Positions 47,310 through 57,739 of a DNA stretch of 64,000 nt are shown piece after piece. Source of the stretch: Desulfurococcaceae archaeon. GTDB lineage: Archaea > Thermoproteota > Thermoprotei_A > Sulfolobales > Desulfurococcaceae. The stretch's first letter is position 1; each line of letters begins with the position of its first letter. Position numbers and translations under genes: made by a program. The stretch spans positions 32,001-96,000 of the forward strand of contig JAWAJB010000002.1 of the NCBI GenBank assembly GCA_038888155.1, written 5' to 3'. Below the pieces are notes generated by a model, which was not told where the DNA came from, did not search any database, and worked only from the letters and a program-made list of their open reading frames with translations.

Positions 47310-48758
47310 TTGTCTGTGAAAATTGACATTAAGCTGCGTATCTTGGAGAAGCCGGGGAGAATAGATAATTGCATTGATCAGTACACCATTCCCCGTGCAG
47401 GACCTGCACTCTATCAAGTTTGCATAGCCGATAATATCTACATTGTGTATGATCACATCCTAACCGATTCTAAATACGTAGAGGATATATTGAAATTAGA
47501 GGAAGAGCTCTACGACACTATTGTCGGTGAGACCCCCCTCGCTGAGAAAATTAGCAAGATAAATGATCCTAGGTTGAGACATATCGTCGAGCGACAATTC
47601 ACTGGATACGGCGTACTTGAACCGTTCCTTATGGATCCCGATGTGGTCAATGTACATGTTATGTCAAATAAACCAATACAGATCATACATAGGGTTTACG
47701 ACAGGCTACAGACCAGTATAGTTCCGACTATTGAGGAAGTCGAAGAACTGGCAATGAGGCTTGCTTCATCTGCTGGGAAGCCCCTCTCCGAAGCCCTTCC
47801 TCTGGTTAGCTTCATCGAGCCAAGGTACGAGGCAAGAGTTACAGTTGTCTACAGATCAGATGTTACAATGAGGCGCAACATAACAGTAGATGTTAGAAAA
47901 TTGCCCGAGAACCCATGGACTCTTCTTAAGCTCATTAATCTCGGCTCTTTGAGTATTGAGGAGGCAGCCTTTCTCTGGTTGATGGTGAAGTACAGGGTTC
48001 CAATAGTAATAGTAGGGGAACTATTGACCGGCAAGACAACTCTAGCAACGGCATTACTCGCATTAGTTCCACCGGGTTCAAGGGTCATGACGGCTGAGGA
48101 CACCCCGGAGTTCAGAATTCCTGTGACGTACTGGACCAGGACTACCACGCGTGAATTTGGAGAATATAAAGTGACTTATTTCGATCTATTGAAGACAGGT
48201 GTTAGGCTCTCTTTAGATTACATTATTGTAGGGGAGATAAGGGGAGAGGAGGCCCGCGAGTGGGCGCACTCAATACTCCTTGGACATGGTGCGATTACGA
48301 CATTCCACGCAGAGAGCCCAGAGTCCGCCTTACTGCGCCTAATTTCTCCACCTATATCTGTGGATCCTCAGGTAATCAAGTTTCTTAACGTGTTTGTTAA
48401 GACTAACGTAGTCGAAAGAGAAGTTGGCAAAAGGGTATATAGACACGAAGTTTACATTATAGAAGAGAATAGGTCAATACCACTCTTCATTTATGATCCA
48501 GAGTCCGATAAAATAATCAGGAACCCAGAGATAGAAAATCCAATTATTGCTTTTAAGTTCATTGATAGAATTATTTTAGCCCATAAAGTAACTAGGCCAA
48601 GACTTTATAGGGAGTACAAAGCCATGGAAGAGGTCATTAAGGAGACATACAGAGAGGCACATCAGATAGATCCTACATTAAATATCCCTACATTTAGCGA
48701 GATCCCCAAGATACTCTATGAAAAACTGGAGAGTAAATTGGGGGCATCAGCGCGTTAG
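47310..48758 (+). CDS. Second, divergent type IV pilus/secretion ATPase
   Basis: GYGVLEPF..DP, GELLTGKTT, TAEDTPE, IIVGEIRGEEA and GHG..TTFHA motifs. Confidence 0.9.
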   Translation: MSVKIDIKLRILEKPGRIDNCIDQYTIPRAGPALYQVCIADNIYIVYDHILTDSKYVEDILKLEEELYDTIVGETPLAEKISKINDPRLRHIVERQFTGYGVLEPFLMDPDVVNVHVMSNKPIQIIHRVYDRLQTSIVPTIEEVEELAMRLASSAGKPLSEALPLVSFIEPRYEARVTVVYRSDVTMRRNITVDVRKLPENPWTLLKLINLGSLSIEEAAFLWLMVKYRVPIVIVGELLTGKTTLATALLALVPPGSRVMTAEDTPEFRIPVTYWTRTTTREFGEYKVTYFDLLKTGVRLSLDYIIVGEIRGEEAREWAHSILLGHGAITTFHAESPESALLRLISPPISVDPQVIKFLNVFVKTNVVEREVGKRVYRHEVYIIEENRSIPLFIYDPESDKIIRNPEIENPIIAFKFIDRIILAHKVTRPRLYREYKAMEEVIKETYREAHQIDPTLNIPTFSEIPKILYEKLESKLGASAR

Positions 48759-49050
48759 TTTAGTCTAAAAACAAAGTCAACCATGATTGAATTCTGGTAC
48801 CGGCTATTATTTATCATGTAGCTTGCGATAAAGCGTAAAACCAACGTTTAGGGTGCAGAGGGTTAATATGCTTACGGATTTATCAAACGAATTGCACTCA
48901 TCCCAGTAATTTCCTTTAAGCATATTTTCAATGTTATGTTTTCTCTTAAAGTAGGTATCACTAGTCTACGTTAATGTATATTTACTCGGTAAAGTAAAAT
49001 TATTAATCGAACCAGTTAACTTTGTTTTAACCTCAGTAATAGGTGTTAAA

Positions 49051-50859
49051 GTGTTGTTTAATAGGAGCCTCAATGAAATATGCACAGTGATACAAAGTAG
49101 GATCCCAGCCTTAGTAGGCTACATACTTTATATAGTGCTGATAGCCATCTTGGGGCTACATTATGCGCCTTTCTACGTTGTTCTAGTTATCTCTACGCCT
49201 TTTATTGTATTAGCTCTGCGTTTTGTCCAGGGGTACAGAAAAAAATCCCACGAGTTAATGATTAATAATTTACTTTACGCGGGTAGGGGTTTAAGCTCAA
49301 GGGGCATAGATAGGCTTTGTTCACTACTGCAATTCCTCCTTGCAACTACAATTCTAGCCATAGGCTTCGTAGCCTCGTACAGCACACTATTCGGATTCAG
49401 ACTAGATCATACCGTCGCTGTTTTGCTTCTAGGAGCTGCCACGTGGGCTATTTACTTTGCGCCTCAGCTACTTATAGGTTTCTGGGCATCTCAGAGAAAA
49501 GTAGAGATAGAAGCTGAGCTACCATATATCCTCATATTGTTTAGGGTAATGGCATCTCTTAGGCTACCTATATATGACATCTTTAATGTATTGGAAGAGA
49601 GCGTCGCACTGAAAGCCAGCTCCAAGGAGATGAAATTCGCTAGAAAGATTGCTACTCTGACATCGATGTCTTTTATTTCATCTGTAGACACGGTCTTTGG
49701 AAACCACCCATCGGAGAGAGTGAGAGAACTCCTTAGGAGAGTCGTACTTGCTGCTGTTTCCATGGGGGACATAAGAGAAGTCGTTGACAAGGTATTTGAT
49801 AATATCTACAATTGGTTTGAGGCAAAAGTCTCCGGGCTGTCCGAGAAGTTCACCATTATAGTTGGCTCGGCCCTGTTTGCATACATGTTTATACCCATAG
49901 TAGTAGCAGCCATTGCTCCTGTTATCAGTGGAAGCTTGATGAGCGCTTTAGTAGTTATTTTAAGCGTACAGATATTTATGTTCTTTCTGCTCTACGCTTT
50001 AATAACTAGTCTTTATCCCTCTAGCTTGGTAATAAAGGCACCAGCAAGATTATTTTATGCTTCAATATTGTCCTTCGCTCTTTCTTTCTCGATTGTGATC
50101 TATAATTTGTTCTCTTGTATAATTAACATACTCAGAATAGACGATTACATTGTGGCTTTAATGTTGCTTCTTTTGCTGTTACCCGCGCTAGTTCTATCTG
50201 AAGTCGAGTTAGCTCGCGTGAAGGTTTACGACAGCTTCGTGAGGATGGCCTCCGATGCACTATCGCTTGCTGCAACTACTGGTGAAAGCGCAACCTCTAC
50301 ACTAGATAGGTCATCTAGGAAGTACAATAAAGGAGTAACCATGCTGACTAGGAGAATTCTAGTGGGTTATACCTCAAGTGCTTTGAGGAAAGCGATCATT
50401 TCTCGGGCTCCTAGTTTATATTACTCATCGTTCCTAGATATATTAACTATCTCGCTTATTTATGGTTCAACACCAGATATGTTGAGGGCATTTTCTGCTA
50501 GCTTCGAAAAGCTGAACATCATAGTTAGTAGGGTTAAGGGCTTATCTAGGATGTTTGAGGCTATAATGATTGGGCTTTCTTCCATGATTGGGGGCTTCTT
50601 AGCGTACTTGGAGAATGTTTACAAGTATATTTACAGCTTAGTCCCACCCGTAGAGGGGGGATCGGTATTGGGTTTGCTCATATATGATCCCAAGATATAC
50701 AGCTTACTGAACGCAGTCTCTCTTCTGTCTATAATTTTCGTGTCGATGTTTGTAGGAAAAATTCGCGGCGGCTCGATTGTTTTTAGCTACAGGGCAATGG
50801 CATGCATGATTTTCGTCTACACCGCGTTCAGGTTTGTCTTCTCAAGGCTACTTATTTAG
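49051..50859 (+). CDS. Divergent TadC/T2SSF-like membrane platform protein
   Basis: RKVEIEAELPY and HPSERVRELL match the ENELPF and HPSSRFRD motifs of 26706-28550; multi-TM; follows the ATPase. Confidence 0.75.
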   Translation: MLFNRSLNEICTVIQSRIPALVGYILYIVLIAILGLHYAPFYVVLVISTPFIVLALRFVQGYRKKSHELMINNLLYAGRGLSSRGIDRLCSLLQFLLATTILAIGFVASYSTLFGFRLDHTVAVLLLGAATWAIYFAPQLLIGFWASQRKVEIEAELPYILILFRVMASLRLPIYDIFNVLEESVALKASSKEMKFARKIATLTSMSFISSVDTVFGNHPSERVRELLRRVVLAAVSMGDIREVVDKVFDNIYNWFEAKVSGLSEKFTIIVGSALFAYMFIPIVVAAIAPVISGSLMSALVVILSVQIFMFFLLYALITSLYPSSLVIKAPARLFYASILSFALSFSIVIYNLFSCIINILRIDDYIVALMLLLLLLPALVLSEVELARVKVYDSFVRMASDALSLAATTGESATSTLDRSSRKYNKGVTMLTRRILVGYTSSALRKAIISRAPSLYYSSFLDILTISLIYGSTPDMLRAFSASFEKLNIIVSRVKGLSRMFEAIMIGLSSMIGGFLAYLENVYKYIYSLVPPVEGGSVLGLLIYDPKIYSLLNAVSLLSIIFVSMFVGKIRGGSIVFSYRAMACMIFVYTAFRFVFSRLLI

Positions 50860-52263
50860 GTTGCCCTCTTTCTCCAAGTGGACGCTCTCTTTAATTAAAT
50901 CTATAGACTCCGCTATGCACTCCATTATCTCCTCTTTCCTGATTATGCTTGGTTCCTCAAATCTCCTAGCTATTAGCACTCTGTAGTCTGTAGCATTGTC
51001 GTTGTAAATACGCACAGTTTTAAGAGTCAGATCAGCGATTGAAGATTCGGCATCGCAAGTTGATTGATCAACACAATTCCCTATTCTAACCACCCCTACG
51101 CCAATGGACTTCAAAAACATAACTTCTTTATACAACTCCTTGAGGTGCGACACTTTATCTTGACTGTTTATTATGTGAGTTCCATGAAAAATCACGATAT
51201 CCGGTTTAACAGCTTGGATAAGCTCGAGCTCCCTCATTGCTAACTCGTGAATACTGTAGGCAAATGGGTTTATTGCTTTAAAAACAACGCGTTTATCTAA
51301 TAGCTCGATAGAGGCTTCTTGGCTAATGCCGCCTGCTTTAAATAGATCAACTAAAATGTCCTTGAGCAGATAAGGGGGGGTAATGTAGCTTATAGTAAGG
51401 ATTTTGTAGTTGTATTTAACTGCAAGAGCAAGGAGGTAGACGAGGACTTCTCTACCAAAAATAGTCTCAGGCGGATAGAGTACATTCACCAGGAACTCTT
51501 TATGTAGGTGTCCTATCTTCTCTTTAAATACTCGACAAACGTGGTCTATACGTGGACTTTCCCTGGGTAGATCCTCAAGCTTGGGCAAATTGTATATTAC
51601 TATGCCTCGTTTCTCCACAATCGAAAAAGGCACTTCTGCCACGTCTAAAGGCGCTCCTCGAATTTTCCGCATTTCTAGCAATCTGATCAACCGACGGTCC
51701 TCTACTCTGTGCTTCAACAGAAATATAGCGTCGACAACGAACTCAGCAAAGCCGACGCTTAGCTTCTCTTCCCCAGAAGCGAGCTCAGATATAAGAATAA
51801 GGAGCCCATTAATTGTAGATGATAAGTTGTAAAAGTAGTTAAGAAGCCAAGCCCTCTTGGCGAAGTCCTCTATTATCCCATCAAGTAGAGCAGTTACAGA
51901 GTCTATAACAACGATGTCAAAACCCTCCGACAAAATTCTATTAATTGAATCTAGGATACCATCGACAGGAAGAGATAAGGGGAGCTTTATAAACTTAAGC
52001 TCTCCCTTTAATTCCACATCCCGTAATTGTATCCCCAGTCTCTCCATATAGGAGAAAAACTTGTCTTTATCTTCGTAGAATGTAATGTATAGGCACTTCT
52101 TTCCTTTAAGGGTATTGTGGTAACATATGGTAGATGCAAGGGTAGTCTTACCAGAACCTGGATGTCCCGCTATTAACATCGTGTAAGGTGCCCTCATCTC
52201 ACCAACTAATTTATCTAAACCTTCTATGCCCGTAAAGAAAACTTTTTTCTGTGTCAAAGGCAA
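50848..52263 (-). CDS. KaiC/RAD55-like ATPase, two domains, second degenerate
   Basis: TGIEGLD, GHPGSGKTT, YITFYE, VVIDS and RLLEMRKIRG. The second domain lacks Walker A. Confidence 0.88.
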   Translation of the reverse strand: MPLTQKKVFFTGIEGLDKLVGEMRAPYTMLIAGHPGSGKTTLASTICYHNTLKGKKCLYITFYEDKDKFFSYMERLGIQLRDVELKGELKFIKLPLSLPVDGILDSINRILSEGFDIVVIDSVTALLDGIIEDFAKRAWLLNYFYNLSSTINGLLILISELASGEEKLSVGFAEFVVDAIFLLKHRVEDRRLIRLLEMRKIRGAPLDVAEVPFSIVEKRGIVIYNLPKLEDLPRESPRIDHVCRVFKEKIGHLHKEFLVNVLYPPETIFGREVLVYLLALAVKYNYKILTISYITPPYLLKDILVDLFKAGGISQEASIELLDKRVVFKAINPFAYSIHELAMRELELIQAVKPDIVIFHGTHIINSQDKVSHLKELYKEVMFLKSIGVGVVRIGNCVDQSTCDAESSIADLTLKTVRIYNDNATDYRVLIARRFEEPSIIRKEEIMECIAESIDLIKESVHLEKEGNLNK

Positions 52264-52345
52264 ACACCATTGATTAGTTCAAACGATCAAAACTGTCTTT
52301 TAAAATTTTGACAACAGCTTTAATACTTTATATACTTTTATTCTG

Positions 52346-52768
52346 TCACCCCGGTAGGGAGTCTTTGAGGGATTTCTTAATTAAGTCAGCAAAATCGCTG
52401 TCCCGTCCTGTTTTGACAAACTCTAGCAGCTGTTGCACTAGCTCGGGTTTTTTAAAGTACGCTGAAATGGGGCTTAGGAAAACTAGTGTAAATGCGTAAT
52501 CAGCAGACAACATGTCACCACGATAATGAGATAGGATAGTTAGGTATAGCTTGCTAGGAGATACGAGAAGCAAGCTTATGCAATCGGACCTATGCATTAC
52601 GTTACATAACATATTTAAAAAGTTCAGCATGCCCGGTATTTTCTTGGAGAGATATTCGTGCAAATATGTTTTGAGAGGCTCAAAACCATCAATGCTCATG
52701 TATCTCCACGTCTCGTCGAACAATTCTTCGAAAGGCATAAAATTCAAATAGGGAAAACCCATAAGCAA
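52346..52768 (-). CDS. Small alpha-helical protein upstream of KaiC-like gene (possible DUF3227/NitrOD5-like)
   Basis: LL..SP..LY..I...Y.G pattern and co-orientation with the KaiC-like gene; family call tentative. Confidence 0.5.
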   Translation of the reverse strand: MLMGFPYLNFMPFEELFDETWRYMSIDGFEPLKTYLHEYLSKKIPGMLNFLNMLCNVMHRSDCISLLLVSPSKLYLTILSHYRGDMLSADYAFTLVFLSPISAYFKKPELVQQLLEFVKTGRDSDFADLIKKSLKDSLPG

Positions 52769-52992
52769 ACCCGGTCTCTGCTTTAACTACTACTCGATTA
52801 TTCAATTATAAGGGTATAAAAAGTGCCATACTACGATGGATCAAACATATTTTAAATATAATTAAATAGAGACAATCACTTAGTTACACATATACAATTT
52901 TATTAAGAATGAAACTAATTTAGCTACATAAATTTAAGAGTAAATAATATATAAGCAGTTCGCACAATACTATTATATTAAAAGATGAGAGC

Positions 52993-53430
52993 ATGAACCC
53001 CAATAGAAAGAGACCTAAAGGGGATTTGAGTGCGCCTGTTTTAGCCATAATCGTTACAGTGGGCATTATTGCAGCTGGGCTAGTTCTTATGGCGTGGTTT
53101 TGGTGGTTTGCTCCCTCAGCCTCTCGGATGAGCGTCATCATAATTGTAGGGCAACCTGCACTTATTTATGGTGGAACGGCTGGTGGCAGTTATAATTACG
53201 TTCTATATATTTCGGTAAAGAACATCGGCAACACACAGGTAGAGGTACGAGACATTATACTTAATGGGACAAGCGCTATTAGTATCTACCCCTCTAGCAT
53301 TAAACTAGGTCAAGAAAGCACTATCATTGAGGCCGAATTTAAGTTTCTCCAGCCTATAAACGTCTCGTACGTTGACTGCGTATTATTAACCGACTCCGGT
53401 GCTTATACATTTAGAGCCATAGTGATCTAG
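52993..53430 (+). CDS. Type IV pilin-like protein
   Basis: RKRPKG/DLSAPVLAIIVTVGII leader; SVKNIGN and VLLTDSG.Y Ig-like pilin domain. Confidence 0.8.
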   Translation: MNPNRKRPKGDLSAPVLAIIVTVGIIAAGLVLMAWFWWFAPSASRMSVIIIVGQPALIYGGTAGGSYNYVLYISVKNIGNTQVEVRDIILNGTSAISIYPSSIKLGQESTIIEAEFKFLQPINVSYVDCVLLTDSGAYTFRAIVI

Positions 53431-53547
53431 ACTTTGTTAAGCACAATATATAAACTAACCTGGCTCTTAACTCTAAGTCGGTTATAAAGAATATCATGTA
53501 TATGGATGTAACATTTAGATTTTAATACTCAAGAGCATATAAGAAGG

Positions 53548-54024
53548 TTGGCCAAGCGAAGTGATAAATTGGGCATAGAGTATCCCACATTGTCTATTAT
53601 GGCAACCATAGTCTTCTGTATCGTAGTTTTCAATTTGCTATTTTCGTACTTATATGTAGTAAATGAAGTATCCAGGTTACCCAACATAAATGTTCACGTT
53701 AAAGCATTCATTGAAACGCACTCAAATACAACGAAGATAAAATTAGTAATTCAACACGAGCGCGGTAGCCAAACTGCAATAAACTACTTGGTCTTAAAAA
53801 CAGATTTTGGCGATCTCATAGTTTATTTGCCTTCCATGAGCAATGAAACCATCTTCGTTACTTCACTCGGGTTAGAGAATGGTACAACAATATTACCTGG
53901 CAGTACATCCTACATTTTAATCGAATCCGGAGGACGCCTATTCACAGAGAACAAAGACTACGGTGGATTGATTTTCCACGCTAAGGGGGTTGCAGCTTTC
54001 CGTTTTATTGCTGGAATTAGTTAG
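53548..54024 (+). CDS. Pilin-like protein
   Basis: KLG/IEYPTLSIMATI; paralog of 45901-46359. Confidence 0.7.
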   Translation: MAKRSDKLGIEYPTLSIMATIVFCIVVFNLLFSYLYVVNEVSRLPNINVHVKAFIETHSNTTKIKLVIQHERGSQTAINYLVLKTDFGDLIVYLPSMSNETIFVTSLGLENGTTILPGSTSYILIESGGRLFTENKDYGGLIFHAKGVAAFRFIAGIS

Positions 54025-54342
54025 GAGACCCCACTCAAATAGCACTATAAGCCTTGAGGATCTCTTTGATTCCCCAAATAAAATACAGAAGAAGCTCCTT
54101 CTTGGCAATTTAATTTATAAAGGTCTGGGCTACTAATGGGAAACGTTCTCTGTTAATTTCCATAAGCAATTAACTCACGCTCCCCCAATTTTTACGTTAA
54201 TTCAATTAATTTTCTCGCATTAAGCATGTGTTAATATAGAGGAACTGGCTCAAAATAAGCTCTAGTCTCTTCAATATTTGAAACTCGGCTAAGTCTGCCT
54301 TTAAAAGGTACCTGTTTAAAAACCATTGCACAAATTTATCTA

Positions 54343-55404
54343 TTGGGTGATACGTTGGACAATTTGTCCAAGCATGTTTATTCATTAATACTGTTTGCGA
54401 TGATATTTTGCGCTCTTACTTCAATTCAAGTGGCTAGCTCGGAGTTCGAGATAGAAATTGTGGACGCGCTTCAACGCCATGTCGAGATACGCTACCCCCT
54501 TAGAAGAGTTATATCGCTCGTGCCATCATTAACAGAGACCCTCGTTGCTTTGGATCTTGATGAATACCTAGTAGGCGTTGACTCTTTTTCTCTTAGCGAC
54601 TGGTTCATTAACACAAGTGAGAGGTTGAAGTCTCGTAACGCAGAAGAAGTGGGTGGATATTGGTGGAGCACTATAAGAGTTGAGAAAATTTTAGAGCTAA
54701 ATCCCGATTTAGTGCTCGCTGACAGCCTAGCCCACAAGCCCCTTTTAGAAGTATTTGAGAGATACAATATAACAGTTTTTTACTTTAGTAATGGTAGAAG
54801 CATTAGTGATGTGTACAGCAACATATACACAGTTGGCTTAATTTTCAATAAGACTGGCGAGGCCCAGAATTTAATAGAGGAGATAGAATATTCTCTTGAA
54901 GCCGCAAGGGAGAAATTAAAGCCATATATGGGGACAAAGGTAATCGTAGTTGTTGATTTCTGGCAGGGTATCTGGGTAGCAGGGAAAGCTACTTACTTAG
55001 ATGACCTTATCGCAAGGATGGGGTTAACGAACGTTGCGCCTGTATATGGCTGGAGTCCTGTTAGCGTTGAGGCCATTTCTAACTGGAACCCAGATGTAAT
55101 AATAATTGCTTGTCCATACGCTACCGAGGATACTGTAGCAAACTCTGGTCTATTAGATCTAAACAGGAAAATAGCTGTCTTAAATTCAACCGAAGTAGAC
55201 ATAATATCAAGACCGGGTCCTACCCTCCTACTAGCCCCTGCAATCCTACATAACTTAATAGCTAGAAATCAACCTTCCTCATTTGAGGTCAAGACGTCAT
55301 CGAACGTATCAATATTAGATACATATGTGAAGTTATTTGCGTTGGCTATTACGTGTGGAGCTATAGGATATTTTATTGGGTTGAAGAGGGGACCCAAACC
55401 TTGA
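54343..55404 (+). CDS. Cobalamin/iron-siderophore ABC transporter substrate-binding protein (BtuF-like)
   Basis: RVISLVPSLTE, EKILELNPDLV and SRPGP motifs; C-terminal TM anchor. Confidence 0.9.
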   Translation: MGDTLDNLSKHVYSLILFAMIFCALTSIQVASSEFEIEIVDALQRHVEIRYPLRRVISLVPSLTETLVALDLDEYLVGVDSFSLSDWFINTSERLKSRNAEEVGGYWWSTIRVEKILELNPDLVLADSLAHKPLLEVFERYNITVFYFSNGRSISDVYSNIYTVGLIFNKTGEAQNLIEEIEYSLEAAREKLKPYMGTKVIVVVDFWQGIWVAGKATYLDDLIARMGLTNVAPVYGWSPVSVEAISNWNPDVIIIACPYATEDTVANSGLLDLNRKIAVLNSTEVDIISRPGPTLLLAPAILHNLIARNQPSSFEVKTSSNVSILDTYVKLFALAITCGAIGYFIGLKRGPKP

Positions 55405-56357
55405 TTACAAAGAAAAAGCTAATTTTTTGTTTATTACTTCCCCCATTCACGCTTGCCTTAGTCTACATAACTGTTCACGCTTCTAATGTTCTTCAGGGAG
55501 GGAGCAGCTACGTTCACACCTATAGGCTTTACAGAGCTCTATACTCTTCATTGGCTGGGTGTATATTGGCAATAGCAGGCTGCATTTTACAGTCTGCACT
55601 TAGGAATCCACTTGTAGATCACCACGTCCTAGGGGTGGGTAGCGGGGCTCTCTTCGCATCATACATTTCAATCCTACTGTACAGCTATACCCCCCTTTTG
55701 GCAACTACATTTGCAATTATAGGAGGCCTAATCGCGCTTGCGTTAACAGTCATTATAGCCGAGGGGATTTCCGGTAGCGACGTGGCATATGTACTTTCGG
55801 GGATAAGCGTTACGAGTCTTTTTTCGGGCCTTTCAATTTTCCTATCTTATTACGTCACATCCAGGTACCCTTACGCCGGTTTAATGCTATCTGGCAGTTT
55901 TGTTTTATCTAGACCGGACTATGCACCGTATGTGTCAGCTGCACTAGTGCTGGCGCTATTTGGGTACACAGCTCTCTCCAAGAAACTTAACGTAATTCTC
56001 CTTGGTGATGATCACGCTACTCAACTAGGCGTTAAGCCAAGGCATGTAAGATTTTTTTCCGCATTAATTACGGGTTTGTCCTCGAGCATAATAGTAGCCA
56101 CTTTCGGTTTAATTGGATTTGTCGGGCTGATAACTCCTCATATATCTAGGTTCCTATCAAAGACTAGCGATAATAGAGTAATTGTGCCCATCGCATCATC
56201 GATAGGGGCTTTGTTATTATATGCTGCTGACTTATTTTCAAAGTACGTTGTGGCGCCAGTAGCTGGAGAGGTACCTGCGGGAGCGCTGGTTTCTCTAATT
56301 GGATCGCCATTCTTTCTCTTACTTGTTGTTAAGAGATTTAAGGGGAGAGTCCTTTGA
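55401..56357 (+). CDS. BtuC/FecCD-family ABC permease
   Basis: LQSALRNPLVD..LGV.SGA, LGDD.A..LGV, GLIGFVGLI.PH and GEVPAG motifs. TTG at 55401 preferred to the tracked 55353. Confidence 0.92.
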   Translation: MITKKKLIFCLLLPPFTLALVYITVHASNVLQGGSSYVHTYRLYRALYSSLAGCILAIAGCILQSALRNPLVDHHVLGVGSGALFASYISILLYSYTPLLATTFAIIGGLIALALTVIIAEGISGSDVAYVLSGISVTSLFSGLSIFLSYYVTSRYPYAGLMLSGSFVLSRPDYAPYVSAALVLALFGYTALSKKLNVILLGDDHATQLGVKPRHVRFFSALITGLSSSIIVATFGLIGFVGLITPHISRFLSKTSDNRVIVPIASSIGALLLYAADLFSKYVVAPVAGEVPAGALVSLIGSPFFLLLVVKRFKGRVL

Positions 56358-57148
56358 TCTCAACTGAAAAGCTAAGCGTTATATATAAATCGACGAAACT
56401 CGAAGCCCTCAAAGAGGCGTCTATTTATCTACCGAGAAATAATGTCACTTGCGTGATAGGTCCTAACGCCTCAGGCAAGACAACTCTCCTTAAAGCAATA
56501 GGGGATATCATCGACTATAAGGGGATGATTCTCATCAATAATCAAGATGTGAAGCGCTTGGGCAGGGCTTTGAGGAAAATGCTAGCTTATGCATCTACGG
56601 TTATAAAGGATGATCTCTTGGCAGTAAGGGTAAAAGATCTACTTCTTGCCTCAAGGTACCCTGTTTCTAGAGGCCTATTTGATACCGAAGAAGATTTAGA
56701 AGAAGTTCAAAGAGTGGCTAAGATAATGAGGGTAGAACATCTACTTGACAGGAAGATTGGTGAGCTAAGCTCGGGGGAGCTTCAGAGAGTAGTTGTGGCC
56801 GCAACACTAATTCGGAGACCAAGCATAGTTTTACTAGATGAGCCTGACAGCCACTTAGACATCGCAGCTAAGCCGTGGCTATCGAATCTGTTGAGAGATA
56901 TATCGAAGGAGTGCACTGTTGTAATTACCACGCATGACGTTATTTTTGCACTCAATACATGCGACTATTTCGTAGTCATCTCTAAGGGTAGGGTTATATT
57001 CCAAGGGTATTACGAGGAACTTGTTAAGAGCCCTGCCCCACTCGAGGATGCATATGGAGTTAAATTCATTAGCGCCCGCTCCGGCAGCCGCACTTTATTT
57101 GTTCCCCTATATATTGATCAGCCTACAGAGATTACTAAGCGAGGCTAG
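56354..57148 (+). CDS. BtuD/FecE-family ABC ATPase
   Basis: GPNASGKTT, LSSGELQR, LLDEP and THD motifs. Confidence 0.92.
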   Translation: MISTEKLSVIYKSTKLEALKEASIYLPRNNVTCVIGPNASGKTTLLKAIGDIIDYKGMILINNQDVKRLGRALRKMLAYASTVIKDDLLAVRVKDLLLASRYPVSRGLFDTEEDLEEVQRVAKIMRVEHLLDRKIGELSSGELQRVVVAATLIRRPSIVLLDEPDSHLDIAAKPWLSNLLRDISKECTVVITTHDVIFALNTCDYFVVISKGRVIFQGYYEELVKSPAPLEDAYGVKFISARSGSRTLFVPLYIDQPTEITKRG

Positions 57149-57715
57149 GAGTATGGAGTCATCGGTGTACTTTCTGTAATTCCTCCAGCACAACAATACA
57201 CCATTGGTCCCCTTGATCAGTCCAACAAGTTTTTGGTAGGGCTCAGATAGCTCAATCGGTAGGCCAGGATATTTAAGCTCTCGATCATACAACAAGCCTA
57301 TTGTCTCCACTTTGTTTGGATCCCCCGAAAATATTACTAAGTAATCCCTTAGAACTACTACTTTACTCTCAATTTTTTCAAGTAAGGCTGGATCGAAATA
57401 CCCGTAAAATACAGGTTTACTTTTTAACCAAGGCGCGTTGATTTCTACTATGTTAAAATACTCTAGTAACCCCAATAGGGATATGATGTGATCAGAAGAC
57501 TTGAGCTTATCAATAGCTTCTCGCACAAACCTCTCCCTGTACTCAAGTCTCTTTGATATAGCTGTCCTGCCCAAACCCTCCTTTAATAGTAAACCTATGC
57601 TGATGAGCTCTATGAGCTCCAACCCCATTTCCTTGGCCTCGTTCAAGACCTTCATTAGTTTTGCGCAGTCGATCAAGTCAACCACAAAACAACATACTAA
57701 AATAATTTGCCGCAC
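57107..57715 (-). CDS. HTH-containing hypothetical protein (DUF4443-like); true start probably downstream of 57715
   Basis: LGRTAISKRLEYRERFVR HTH-like segment; LRDYLV...LKYPG. Confidence 0.55.
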   Translation of the reverse strand: MRQIILVCCFVVDLIDCAKLMKVLNEAKEMGLELIELISIGLLLKEGLGRTAISKRLEYRERFVREAIDKLKSSDHIISLLGLLEYFNIVEINAPWLKSKPVFYGYFDPALLEKIESKVVVLRDYLVIFSGDPNKVETIGLLYDRELKYPGLPIELSEPYQKLVGLIKGTNGVLLCWRNYRKYTDDSILLASLSNLCRLINI

Positions 57716-57739
57716 TTAGATATATTTCTAGGGGTCTAT

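Noticed and set aside
54024-54343. Cobalamin riboswitch upstream of the Btu-like operon
   Set aside because: AT-rich with no B12-box recognised; only weak imperfect inverted repeats.
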